This document shows positions 55,961 to 64,000 of a stretch of 64,000 bases of DNA, one piece after another (positions within the stretch are counted from its first letter, which is position 1; every line of letters begins with the position of its first letter). The DNA is taken from contig CAYUQB010000001.1 in NCBI GenBank assembly GCA_964446735.1, positions 263,826 through 327,825 of the forward strand. Direction: 5' to 3'. The DNA comes from an uncultured Candidatus Saccharibacteria bacterium (GTDB taxonomy: Bacteria; Patescibacteriota; Minisyncoccia; Phycocordibacterales; Phycocordibacteraceae). A program made the translations under genes and the position numbers. The notes under the pieces were generated by a model. The model was not told where the DNA came from and searched no databases. It was given only the letters and a program-made list of their open reading frames with translations.

Positions 55961-55993
55961 GAGGCCAGTATACCAGCTGAATAATATGGGTTC

Positions 55994-56593
55994 CTAGTCG
56001 AGACGCACGCCGTCCTCTATCAACGCTACAGCCTCATCGATCTGGGCTGGAAGATCGCTGCGCGAGGTATCGAATGTGTAGAGAAATGGAATCCCTTCTA
56101 GGTGCTCGTGGAGCGGCTTCCGTCTCATATAGTTAGCGATTGCATCATCCGCGTCTTTGAATAGCCAGGTATGCTTATAGCTACGAAGTTTATTCAAAAT
56201 AAATTCCTCGGGTGGATTGATATGTATCCAAATAGGAACGGCACCATATGTATTTTGTGCCATCTCTATGATTGTTCTGCTCCGAGGACTCATCGCATCA
56301 CTATCTAGTGCAATGCTATATCCCTGAGCAAGATGTTTCTCCGAGAGTTCCCTCCCGACCCGCACCAATCCTTCGTACGTTAATCCGTGTTCTTTGAATA
56401 CCTTTCGAAGCTCGTCTCCTGAAATACGAACGAGTGATAACCGTTCTGCCAAAGGACGTACGACCGTCGTCTTGCCTGCTCCGACTAACCCAACCGGACA
56501 GAGTACGAATTGCTTTCTGTGAGGCTGGGTTGGAATAACGAGCGAAGCATCGTACTCACGCATGACCGCATCCTGCATCTCCTGAGTTTCCAT
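55994..56593 (-). CDS. P-loop NTPase (predicted kinase / AAA-domain protein)
   Basis: GLVGAGKTT Walker A. Start taken at METQEM (56593). Confidence 0.55.
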   Translation of the reverse strand: METQEMQDAVMREYDASLVIPTQPHRKQFVLCPVGLVGAGKTTVVRPLAERLSLVRISGDELRKVFKEHGLTYEGLVRVGRELSEKHLAQGYSIALDSDAMSPRSRTIIEMAQNTYGAVPIWIHINPPEEFILNKLRSYKHTWLFKDADDAIANYMRRKPLHEHLEGIPFLYTFDTSRSDLPAQIDEAVALIEDGVRLD

Positions 56594-56652
56594 AGCCGTA
56601 GTATATCGGGGGATAAAGCACAAACCGCCCATGTGGGCGGTTTGTGCTTCTG

Positions 56653-56726
56653 CGCGGTCGACGAGACTTGAACTCGCAACCTCCCGCGTGACAGGCGGGT
56701 GCTCTAACCAGTTGAGCTACGACCGC
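56653..56726 (-). tRNA. tRNA-Asp (anticodon GUC)
   Basis: GCGGTCG acceptor, anticodon loop CUGUCAC, T-loop TTCAAGT. No CCA. Confidence 0.75.
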
Positions 56727-56802
56727 AAACTCTAGTTTGCTCGACCTCACGATAAAGGTCGTCATCGGAATATACAATCTTTCCGGAGGAGATTCAACTT
56801 TG

Positions 56803-56876
56803 TGCTGGCGGGAGGACTTGCACCTCCGACCTTAGGTTTATGAGTCCTATGCTCTAACTACCTGAGCTACGCCAGC
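56803..56876 (-). tRNA. tRNA-Met (anticodon CAU; elongator Met or lysidine tRNA-Ile2)
   Basis: GCTGGCG acceptor with a G1-C72 pair (not initiator-like). Anticodon loop CUCAUAA. No CCA. Confidence 0.7.
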
Positions 56877-56892
56877 AATATGCAGCACCTTA

Positions 56893-57594
56893 CTACGCAA
56901 TGGCATTCTCTTCAACGAGGCCATCCGCCCGACGGAGATCCTCAGGAGCAGTGATCTGTATCCACTGTGTTGCGTATATAGCTTGTAGAGGAATTCCTGA
57001 GGCTTTCGATGCGGCCAGCACGGTTTGCGGCAGACCATACTCCGAACTCCCCACCGCTTTGGGGACCATGGGATACTCGAATACCCGTGCATCAAGTACA
57101 AACATATTCGTATTCATGAGACCAGGTTTTCCTGTGTGATCTCCCTCTTCAATCGCGGTTACTTCTCCAGTCTCATCAGTGACAATGCGTCCTCCAGCAG
57201 CCATGGACTCCGTTTTCTCCACCAGCATGGCCCAGCCGGGTACCTGTAGCATCTCGTCCACATCCCTCCGGCTATATATATCGTCTCCCATCATCACAAA
57301 AAACCGGTCCGTAAGGTGGGGTTGAGCGAGTGTGAGTGCCCCCATAGTTCCATTAAGTTCCTGCTGCTCCACGTACCGAATCGGTATGCCATGGTATTCA
57401 GCGCCATAGGCAGCACGAATGATTTCACCCTGATAGCCAATGATGAGAATGATTTCCGTTGTGTCCGCTGGAAGGATATCGAACTTATGCTCTAAGAGCG
57501 TCTTCCCTGCCACCATAAGCATGGGCTTGGGTACATTCTCAGTGAGCGAATTCATACGCGTCCCACGTCCGGCAGCGAGTATAACGACTTGCAT
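56893..57594 (-). CDS. Sugar-phosphate nucleotidyltransferase (NTP_transferase family)
   Basis: VVILAAGRGTRM pyrophosphorylase motif. Start taken at MQVVIL (57594). Confidence 0.75.
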   Translation of the reverse strand: MQVVILAAGRGTRMNSLTENVPKPMLMVAGKTLLEHKFDILPADTTEIILIIGYQGEIIRAAYGAEYHGIPIRYVEQQELNGTMGALTLAQPHLTDRFFVMMGDDIYSRRDVDEMLQVPGWAMLVEKTESMAAGGRIVTDETGEVTAIEEGDHTGKPGLMNTNMFVLDARVFEYPMVPKAVGSSEYGLPQTVLAASKASGIPLQAIYATQWIQITAPEDLRRADGLVEENAIA

Positions 57595-57658
57595 CGGCAC
57601 ACTATAAAGAGAAAAGGCGGGTCCGTCGACCCACCTTTTCTCCACCGTAGATTAGGCT

Positions 57659-57832
57659 CTACGAGCTGCCACCTTTGCGGCCTGCTTCGCTGGCACGCTG
57701 GGGATCGTTTGCAAAGTTACCGGGATTATTTTCCTTACCCTGGCTGCGACCACCCTTGGCCGCTATTTCGCGCTGCTTATCCTCGTCCATGCTCGCGAAA
57801 CCACGTTTGCTCCTTTTATTCTCAGTAGCCAT
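57659..57832 (-). CDS. KGG-repeat general stress protein (YciG-like, 57 aa). Not in the ORF track.
   Basis: Hand translation gives MATENKRSKRGFASMDEDKQREIAAKGGRSQGKENNPGNFANDPQRASEAGRKGGSS. It shows the canonical KGG/stress-induced motifs. Confidence 0.7.
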   Translation of the reverse strand: MATENKRSKRGFASMDEDKQREIAAKGGRSQGKENNPGNFANDPQRASEAGRKGGSS

Positions 57833-57938
57833 ACGTACATGACAGGTTACTCATAACTAACCGAGCCTGTGCACTATACGAAGGCAGCGGTGAACCGGAA
57901 GTTAAACGTCGCTGTAGTAGCATGCTACGCTAGCGATC

Positions 57939-58433
57939 ATGCACGAACATATCGAGACCCCGCAAGAAGAACACGTCGTCTATGAGTTCTTCCTTTGGAG
58001 TGTACTTCTCAAAGGCGCTATTTCTCTCGCAGAGATAGTGGTCGGCATTGCCGTGTTCTTTGTACCGCCAGCATTCATCGTCTCGCTTGGCATGTTTGTC
58101 CTTAACTATGTTCCGATTCCCGCGCTACAGCACGCGCTCATAGAGGAGATCGCACAGTACACCACTGGTGCCGTAACCTTCGTTGCACTCTATCTCCTCT
58201 CGCGCGGACTCATCAAAGCAGGTCTCATTTGGGGATTGCTCAAGAATAAAGTATGGGCGTATCCGTGGTCGCTCGTGATTCTTGGAGTATTCCTGCTCTA
58301 TCAGACGTATCAGATCATTACTGATCGCTCGCTCCTCATCATTGGCATCACGCTCTTTGATATCGTGGTGATGTACTTTATCTGGCGCGAATGGCGCATT
58401 GTACTGCGTCACCGCGCGGCAAACGCTGTGTAG
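57939..58433 (+). CDS. DUF2127-like membrane protein
   Basis: Four TM helices with an N-terminal acidic segment. Confidence 0.55.
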   Translation: MHEHIETPQEEHVVYEFFLWSVLLKGAISLAEIVVGIAVFFVPPAFIVSLGMFVLNYVPIPALQHALIEEIAQYTTGAVTFVALYLLSRGLIKAGLIWGLLKNKVWAYPWSLVILGVFLLYQTYQIITDRSLLIIGITLFDIVVMYFIWREWRIVLRHRAANAV

Positions 58434-58436
58434 CAG

Positions 58437-60308
58437 CTACTTCGTTACGGTTGCGGTGGCAGTCGCCGCGTTCTTGTTTGGTGACATGTCAGTCGCGACC
58501 GCAGTGATGGTATGCGTGCCTGCCGATATCGACTTGCCGCCCCAGGTTGCGCTACAAGTTGTCGAGACAGTACATGAACCCAACTGTTTCCCATCAGCGG
58601 AGATGACAATCGAGGAAATACCGCTGGCGTCACTTGCGCTCACCGAAATATTCACGGAACCATTACCCTTGAGCTTCGCACCGTTTGTGGGAGAAGTGAT
58701 CGTAACCTTGGGTGCGATTGCATCACTCGAATCAACATTGGCAACCGTAACGGAAATCGCTACCGAAGTACCTACGTTCCCTGCGGCGTCATACGCCTTG
58801 GTCTGGAGCGTATGTTTTGCATTCGTGTCAGCGGTGGTGTCCCAATAGAACGTGAACGGTCCTGCGCTACTCGTCGTAAATAATGTGCCGTCCTTGTAGA
58901 GTTCGACCTTCGCTACCGCAAGATTGTCGGATGCACTCGCTTGGATACTCACGCCACCGGAAACTATTGATCCGCTGCTCGGGGCCAGGATGGAGGTTTT
59001 CGGCGCAGTCGTATCCTGATCAGCAGGGACCAGCTTCGCCGCCTCAAGCGTCTTCGCAACATTGATACGACCCCACCCGTAGTACTGATCCCATCCGACA
59101 GTGCCGAGGTCGTCTACGTTCTTTTCAATGAGACTCCGCACCTGTGTGGACGTGAGGTTTGGATTTACTGAGAGAACGAGCGCAGCCAGTCCAGCCGCAA
59201 GCGGTGAAGCGAACGAAGTACCGCTCACCGCACCATACGTACCCGAATTGTTACCGCTCCAAATGCCGACACCTGGCGCAACGATATCCAAAGCGGTCCC
59301 GTAGTTAGACCAGCTTGCTCGCACATCGCTACTTCCGGTCGCCCCCACACCAATAGCATTCGCGTAGGCTGCCGGATAGAGCACAGCGGAAGCACTGTCG
59401 TTACCCGCAGATGCAAAGAAGACAGCTCCCTTACTGACGGCATAGTTGATGGCGCTTTCGAGGGTTGAGCTATACCCGGTGCCACCGTAGCTTATGTTAA
59501 TAACCCGAGCTCCGTGATCAACGGCATAGATAACGGCTTCTGCCATGTTGCTATAGAGCGCATAGCACCCTCCGTCTGCCATGGCGATCGGCATAATCTT
59601 GGAGCCCCATGCAAGGCCTGCGACCCCGGCTGCGTTATTACCCGCGCTCCCGATCACCCCTGCCACCTTGGCACCATGGGCACATGAGTTGGTCGTAACT
59701 GTTGCCGTATTGGTGACCACGTCGTATCCCGGCACGAGACTTGTGGCTAAGTCGCCAATCGGTAGAAATCCACTGTCAGCGACGGCAACGATTACTGAAG
59801 GCACGCCGACGGTAGCATCCCATCCAGTGGGTGCCCCGATCTTCGGTGAGTGCCACTGATTCGGATAGTACGTGTCGTTTGGGACGAGCGTCGATAATGC
59901 AATGAAATTAGGTTCTGCTACTTCCACTTTTGGATTGCGCGCAAGCGCCGCGCGTACCTTTTCTTCTGCACCTATGGGAACCGATATCACATGGGTTCTG
60001 ATCTGCGGCAATGTCTTAAGTTTCTGACCGCCATGCATTTTAAGTAACGCATCTCCCTCATCGTCCTTCACCCCCGCCTTGAATTGCACCAAGAGTTGTC
60101 CTGGCGCGCGGGCATCACTCATTCGTGCAGCACCCGCTGCTGCAAGTTCAAGGTCAGCATATTCCTTAAGTGGCGCCTGAAGCAGCAGCACCGTCGCACT
60201 CACGAATCCCGTGAGAACGACGAAGTGAAGAAGGGATATTTTCCCGATCGTATGCCAATCGGCATACCAAGGGTATTTCTTAGCGAGCCTCGTGTGCAGG
60301 GAGTTCAT
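58437..60308 (-). CDS. Secreted S8-family subtilisin-like serine peptidase with C-terminal Ig-like domains
   Basis: D/H/S catalytic triad motifs (VADSG, HGAKVAG, GTSFASPLAAG). N-terminal TM or signal peptide. Two C-terminal beta-sandwich repeats. Confidence 0.85.
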   Translation of the reverse strand: MNSLHTRLAKKYPWYADWHTIGKISLLHFVVLTGFVSATVLLLQAPLKEYADLELAAAGAARMSDARAPGQLLVQFKAGVKDDEGDALLKMHGGQKLKTLPQIRTHVISVPIGAEEKVRAALARNPKVEVAEPNFIALSTLVPNDTYYPNQWHSPKIGAPTGWDATVGVPSVIVAVADSGFLPIGDLATSLVPGYDVVTNTATVTTNSCAHGAKVAGVIGSAGNNAAGVAGLAWGSKIMPIAMADGGCYALYSNMAEAVIYAVDHGARVINISYGGTGYSSTLESAINYAVSKGAVFFASAGNDSASAVLYPAAYANAIGVGATGSSDVRASWSNYGTALDIVAPGVGIWSGNNSGTYGAVSGTSFASPLAAGLAALVLSVNPNLTSTQVRSLIEKNVDDLGTVGWDQYYGWGRINVAKTLEAAKLVPADQDTTAPKTSILAPSSGSIVSGGVSIQASASDNLAVAKVELYKDGTLFTTSSAGPFTFYWDTTADTNAKHTLQTKAYDAAGNVGTSVAISVTVANVDSSDAIAPKVTITSPTNGAKLKGNGSVNISVSASDASGISSIVISADGKQLGSCTVSTTCSATWGGKSISAGTHTITAVATDMSPNKNAATATATVTK

Positions 60309-60462
60309 AGGGTCAGCGGGTTAGGCGATATGCCTTAAGTATATGAGGCATTGGCGGCACCGGGGCACTTACTGTGTATAAGCAAATATATGCGCCCGGA
60401 TGTCTAGAGATGCACCGGAGGCACAGGTTGCCTTGCTATACTTGCTGCATTGAGCTCTCTGA

Positions 60463-61359
60463 ATGCCAATGAAACGTCCTTCCCTCGTTGTACTCGGCAG
60501 TCTTAGCGCAGGACTGTTCCTCCTTCTCATTGGCATCCTTGCCTATAAAGGAGGGATTCCTCTCCTCTTCCCTTCCGGATTCATCGGCATCGCCGAGCGT
60601 GACTTGATGTTACGTACCGTATTCTTGATGCTTATCGTCGTTATTCCAGTCGTCTTGCTAGCAATTTTCATTGCGTGGCACTACCGCGAAGGAAATCGAA
60701 CCGCGACCTATCGTCCGGACTGGGAGCACTCTCGCATGGAGGAGCTGATCTGGTGGTCTATTCCTCTTGAAATCGTACTGGTACTTGGAGCGCTGACATG
60801 GACGGCGACGCACGAACTCGATCCGGCGCGCGCGATCAGTTCATCCGAACCACCGTTGGTCATACAGGTGGTAGCGCTTCCTTGGAAGTGGCTCTTTATA
60901 TATCCAGAGGAAGGTATCGCAAGTGTGAACGAGGTGACGTTCCCGATCCATCGGCCGGTCAAGTTTCAGATCACGGCTGATGCCCCTATGAATTCATTCT
61001 GGATTCCGGCGCTTGGCGGACAAATATATGCAATGACCGGTATGAGTACCGTACTTCACTTGATTGCATCACAGAGCGGTACGTATGACGGCATGTCTGC
61101 CAACTATAGCGGTGAAGGATTCGCGCAGATGCGCTTTGCTGCACGTGCGGTCGAGCCTGCTGATTTTGAAACATGGGTAGCGACGGTACGCAATTCGCCG
61201 GATGTACTCACGCAACCCTCGTACCAAATGCTTGCTACACCAGGAGACCCAGGACCCGTACGCTACTATGGAGCAATTGGGATAACGTATACCGATATCA
61301 TGCACGCCTCCATGTCAGATCGTTCACCTGCACGTCTCATGCCGAGCCACGGACACTAG
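60463..61359 (+). CDS. cyoA: Quinol oxidase subunit II (CyoA-like, no CuA ligands)
   Basis: Two TM helices plus a cupredoxin fold. NSFWIPALGGQIYAMTGM. No Cys/His CuA site. Confidence 0.8.
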   Translation: MPMKRPSLVVLGSLSAGLFLLLIGILAYKGGIPLLFPSGFIGIAERDLMLRTVFLMLIVVIPVVLLAIFIAWHYREGNRTATYRPDWEHSRMEELIWWSIPLEIVLVLGALTWTATHELDPARAISSSEPPLVIQVVALPWKWLFIYPEEGIASVNEVTFPIHRPVKFQITADAPMNSFWIPALGGQIYAMTGMSTVLHLIASQSGTYDGMSANYSGEGFAQMRFAARAVEPADFETWVATVRNSPDVLTQPSYQMLATPGDPGPVRYYGAIGITYTDIMHASMSDRSPARLMPSHGH

Positions 61360-61362
61360 CCT

Positions 61363-63324
61363 ATGTTCGGCATTCTTACTCCTGACGCATTCATACACGG
61401 CCCTATTGAGACGTTCGCGCAGCTGGTGGTTGTGCTGGGTGGGTTATCGGTAGGTATCCTGCTTACCGTCACCCGTCGATGGAAATGGCTCTGGAGTGAA
61501 TGGCTGACATCACTCGATGCGAAACGCATCGGCATTATGTATTTGATACTGGCCTTGCTCATGCTGCTCCGCGGTGGCATTGATGCACTCCTGATGCGCG
61601 GACAACAAGCGGTTGCGACGACCGCCGGAGCCGGATATCTCTCCCCGGATCACTTTGCGCAGATATTTACCGCGCATGGAACCATCATGATTTTCTTCGT
61701 CGCTATGACGTTCATGTTCGGGCTCATCAACTGCATCATGCCACTGCAGATCGGTGCACGTGATGTCTCGTTCCCGCTCCTCAACTCCATTAGCTTCTGG
61801 CTCACCGCAACTGGTGCCGTATTAGTTAATCTCTCCTTGGTTGTCGGCGAGTTCGCCGCAACTGGCTGGCTCGCCTACCCGCCCCTCTCGGGGATCGACT
61901 ACAGTCCCGGCGTCGGAGTCGACTACTACATCTGGGCACTGCAGATCGCAGGTGTCGGCACACTGTTAGGCGCCGTGAATTTCATTGTGACTATTTTCAA
62001 GGAGCGAGCTCCTGGCATGACCCTCATGCGCATGCCCATCTTCGTGTGGACGGTACTGGGCTCTATGCTGCTCGTCCTTGTTGCCTTCCCAATACTGACG
62101 GCAACGCTGGGTATGCTTTCTCTCGATCGTGTGCTGGGTATGCACTTCTTTACGACGGAACTGGGGGGAAACGTGATGATGTACGTAAACCTCATATGGG
62201 CGTGGGGTCACCCAGAGGTATATATCCTTATCCTCCCTGCCTTCGGAATCTTTTCGGAACTGGTCCCGGTTTTCGCGCAGAAGCGACTCTTCGGCTATGT
62301 CTCGATGGTGGTCGCGACGATGGTCATCGTCATTCTTTCTTTCGGAGTCTGGGTACACCACTTCTTTACCATGGGTGCCGGGGCAAATGTGAATGCATTC
62401 TTCGGTATCGCAACGATGGCCATCGCCATCCCGACTGGAGTAAAAGTATTCAACTGGCTCTTTACGATGTTTCAAGGACGTATTAAGTACCCCGCTCCCA
62501 TGCTCTGGTTCATGGGGTTCCTGTTCAGCTTCATCCTCGGCGGCATGACTGGAGTACTTATGTCGGTACCACCGGTGGACTTCCAGTTGCATAACAGTCT
62601 CTTTCTGGTGGCCCACTTTCATAACATGGTCATTGGCGGTGTGCTATTCGGATACTTCGCCGGCTTTGCGTACTGGTTCCCTAAGATTGCCGGGTTTGGG
62701 CTACAGGAAGCACTCGGAAAGCTCTCTTTCTGGCTGTGGATCATTGGCTTTGCAGTCGCGTTCATTCCTATCTATGCCCTTGGCCTCATGGGTATGACCC
62801 GTCGCCTTGAATTCGTGGATGCAGCAAGTGGCTACCATCCGCTCCTCATTATTGCTGCAATCGGCGCCGGCACTATCGCAGTTGCGGTCGCCGTTCAGGT
62901 ACTGCACCTTGCCGTGAGTTTCTTCGAACGGAAACGGAGGCTCGACACTACCGGCGACTACTGGAATGGACGTACCCTCGAATGGTCCACCGCATCGCCC
63001 GCACCTCTCTATAACTTCGCTCATATCCCCGAGGTAGAAGGCCGCGATGCGTTCTGGCACATGAAGCAGACTGGGAATGCACGTACATCCGGACCATACG
63101 AGGAAATCTTGTTGCCGAAGAATAGCTCGGTGGGGCTCATCATTGCCGGTTGCGCGTTTCTGTTCGGGTTCGGGACCATTTGGCACATATGGTGGCTACT
63201 CCCGGTCGCACTGGTCGGCATCTTGGTAACGCTCATTATGCGATCATTCGTTACCGAGACTGAATATCTTCTACCTGCATCGGTCGTTGCTGAAACCGAA
63301 GCCCGACGTACCCAAACCGTATGA
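61363..63324 (+). CDS. cyoB: Heme-copper quinol oxidase subunit I (CyoB-like)
   Basis: 653 aa with 12 or more TM helices. WAWGHPEVY and HH..M motifs. Confidence 0.9.
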   Translation: MFGILTPDAFIHGPIETFAQLVVVLGGLSVGILLTVTRRWKWLWSEWLTSLDAKRIGIMYLILALLMLLRGGIDALLMRGQQAVATTAGAGYLSPDHFAQIFTAHGTIMIFFVAMTFMFGLINCIMPLQIGARDVSFPLLNSISFWLTATGAVLVNLSLVVGEFAATGWLAYPPLSGIDYSPGVGVDYYIWALQIAGVGTLLGAVNFIVTIFKERAPGMTLMRMPIFVWTVLGSMLLVLVAFPILTATLGMLSLDRVLGMHFFTTELGGNVMMYVNLIWAWGHPEVYILILPAFGIFSELVPVFAQKRLFGYVSMVVATMVIVILSFGVWVHHFFTMGAGANVNAFFGIATMAIAIPTGVKVFNWLFTMFQGRIKYPAPMLWFMGFLFSFILGGMTGVLMSVPPVDFQLHNSLFLVAHFHNMVIGGVLFGYFAGFAYWFPKIAGFGLQEALGKLSFWLWIIGFAVAFIPIYALGLMGMTRRLEFVDAASGYHPLLIIAAIGAGTIAVAVAVQVLHLAVSFFERKRRLDTTGDYWNGRTLEWSTASPAPLYNFAHIPEVEGRDAFWHMKQTGNARTSGPYEEILLPKNSSVGLIIAGCAFLFGFGTIWHIWWLLPVALVGILVTLIMRSFVTETEYLLPASVVAETEARRTQTV

Positions 63325-63893
63325 CGACACACGCCACACACGACCGCACCGCTCTTGGGCTCTGGGTATATATCATGAGCGATTGCATACTTTTCGCGTC
63401 ACTCTTCGCGAGCTACGCGGTACTCCATGGAGAGACTGCGGGTGGCCCATCTGCAATCGAGCTGTTTGATCGGTCGTTTGTGCTTATAGAAACCCTAGTT
63501 CTTCTTAGCAGCAGCTTTGCGTGTGGTCTTGCACTCATCGCGGCACGCTACGGAAATCGAATCGGTGTATGGACAGCACTTATCGCAACACTCCTTCTTG
63601 GGTTGGTGTTCCTCGGCATGGAAGTGAGCGAATTCTCCGAACTCGTTGCCGCTGGACACGGCTGGCAGACGAGCGCGTTTCTCTCCGCGTTCTTCACCCT
63701 CGTGGGTACGCACGGACTCCACGTACTTGCAGGTGTACTGTGGCTCGGGGCACTACTCATGTATCTCGCTATTCGTGGGCTGGATACCGTTCTCTCAGCA
63801 CGACTCTTTCAGTTCTCCTTGTTCTGGCATTTCCTCGATATTGTGTGGATCTGCGTGTTCTCGCTCGTCTATCTCCTTGGCACACTTCCATGA
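63321..63893 (+). CDS. cyoC: Quinol oxidase subunit III (CyoC-like)
   Basis: 5-TM protein with a 4-nt overlap with cyoB. ATGA overlap with the next gene. Confidence 0.8.
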   Translation: MTTHATHDRTALGLWVYIMSDCILFASLFASYAVLHGETAGGPSAIELFDRSFVLIETLVLLSSSFACGLALIAARYGNRIGVWTALIATLLLGLVFLGMEVSEFSELVAAGHGWQTSAFLSAFFTLVGTHGLHVLAGVLWLGALLMYLAIRGLDTVLSARLFQFSLFWHFLDIVWICVFSLVYLLGTLP

Positions 63894-64000
63894 AGCACGA
63901 CCCGAACCTCACCATTTCGCTTAGCTCCTACGTTATAGGATTCGGGCTGTCGATACTCCTCACGCTTGGCGCATTCTGGATTGCCCCGGGACTCGGGAAG
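63890..64000 (+). CDS. cyoD: Quinol oxidase subunit IV (CyoD-like), 3'-truncated by the window edge
   Basis: Hand-read start [32 protein letters not shown], overlapping the cyoC stop as ATGA. Confidence 0.6.
   Translation, partial: MKHDPNLTISLSSYVIGFGLSILLTLGAFWIAPGLGK

Noticed and set aside
60309-60462. Imperfect inverted repeat ATGCCTTAAGTATATGAGGCAT and promoter-like hexamers upstream of cyoA
   Set aside because: Hexamer spacing does not fit a canonical promoter and the repeat is imperfect. Noted but not called.
1-64000. CRISPR arrays, integrases or transposases, prophage genes, toxin-antitoxin pairs, and known multi-gene defence systems
   Set aside because: I scanned for periodic direct repeats, recombinase or transposase motifs and characteristic defence domains (TIR, SIR2, nucleases, reverse transcriptase) and found none. 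The only helicase candidates, Pif1-like and DEAD-box, look like housekeeping genes.

Overview
This 64 kb window is a gene-dense bacterial chromosomal segment with roughly 90% coding. Most genes are short and are often joined by ATGA or 1-4 nt overlaps. GC is roughly 55% overall, with clear local swings. The most confident calls are housekeeping genes: RNase J, a DEAD-box helicase, TypA/BipA, MltG, a Pif1-like helicase, MetK behind a SAM-I riboswitch, PyrG, FtsE/FtsX, RF2, five tRNAs (Gln, Thr x2, Asp, Met) and a cyoABCD quinol oxidase. A large oxidative-stress and disulfide neighbourhood sits around 7.4-16.5 kb (VKOR, DsbA-like, Bcp, MsrA, MsrB, hemerythrin, Nth). An RND efflux pair (MFP plus permease) sits at 25.9-30.6 kb. 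A lexA-Y-family polymerase SOS operon at 30.6-32.5 kb carries a Cheo-type LexA box inside its promoter spacer. A ROK-PGI/PMI-GH63 sugar operon sits at 52.6-55.5 kb. Small general-stress genes are scattered through the window. Two of them fall below the 60-aa ORF-track cutoff and were found by reading the sequence: an Lmo0937-family gene and a KGG-repeat gene. Compositional patchiness marks candidate horizontally acquired DNA. High-GC examples are a dapD-like gene, purB and a lipoprotein gene. A lower-GC, roughly 4.7 kb patch of small stress and metabolic genes plus an orphan 323-aa protein lies next to tRNA-Gln. I found no CRISPR array, no integrase or transposase, and no recognisable multi-gene defence system. 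The points most worth follow-up are below. The RNA-decay enzymes RNase J and the DEAD-box helicase both carry N-terminal Arg/Gly/Pro-rich extensions. Two HhH-GPD glycosylases (Nth and a MutY-like protein) lack or have degenerate Fe-S ligands. A Kazal-like Cys-rich secreted protein is paired with an HExxH peptidase. The autoregulated SOS box fills the lexA promoter spacer exactly. Many ORF-track entries are shadow ORFs on the opposite strand of GC-rich genes and are not reported as features. Coordinates that I derived by reading, rather than taken from the ORF track, may be off by 1-2 nt.
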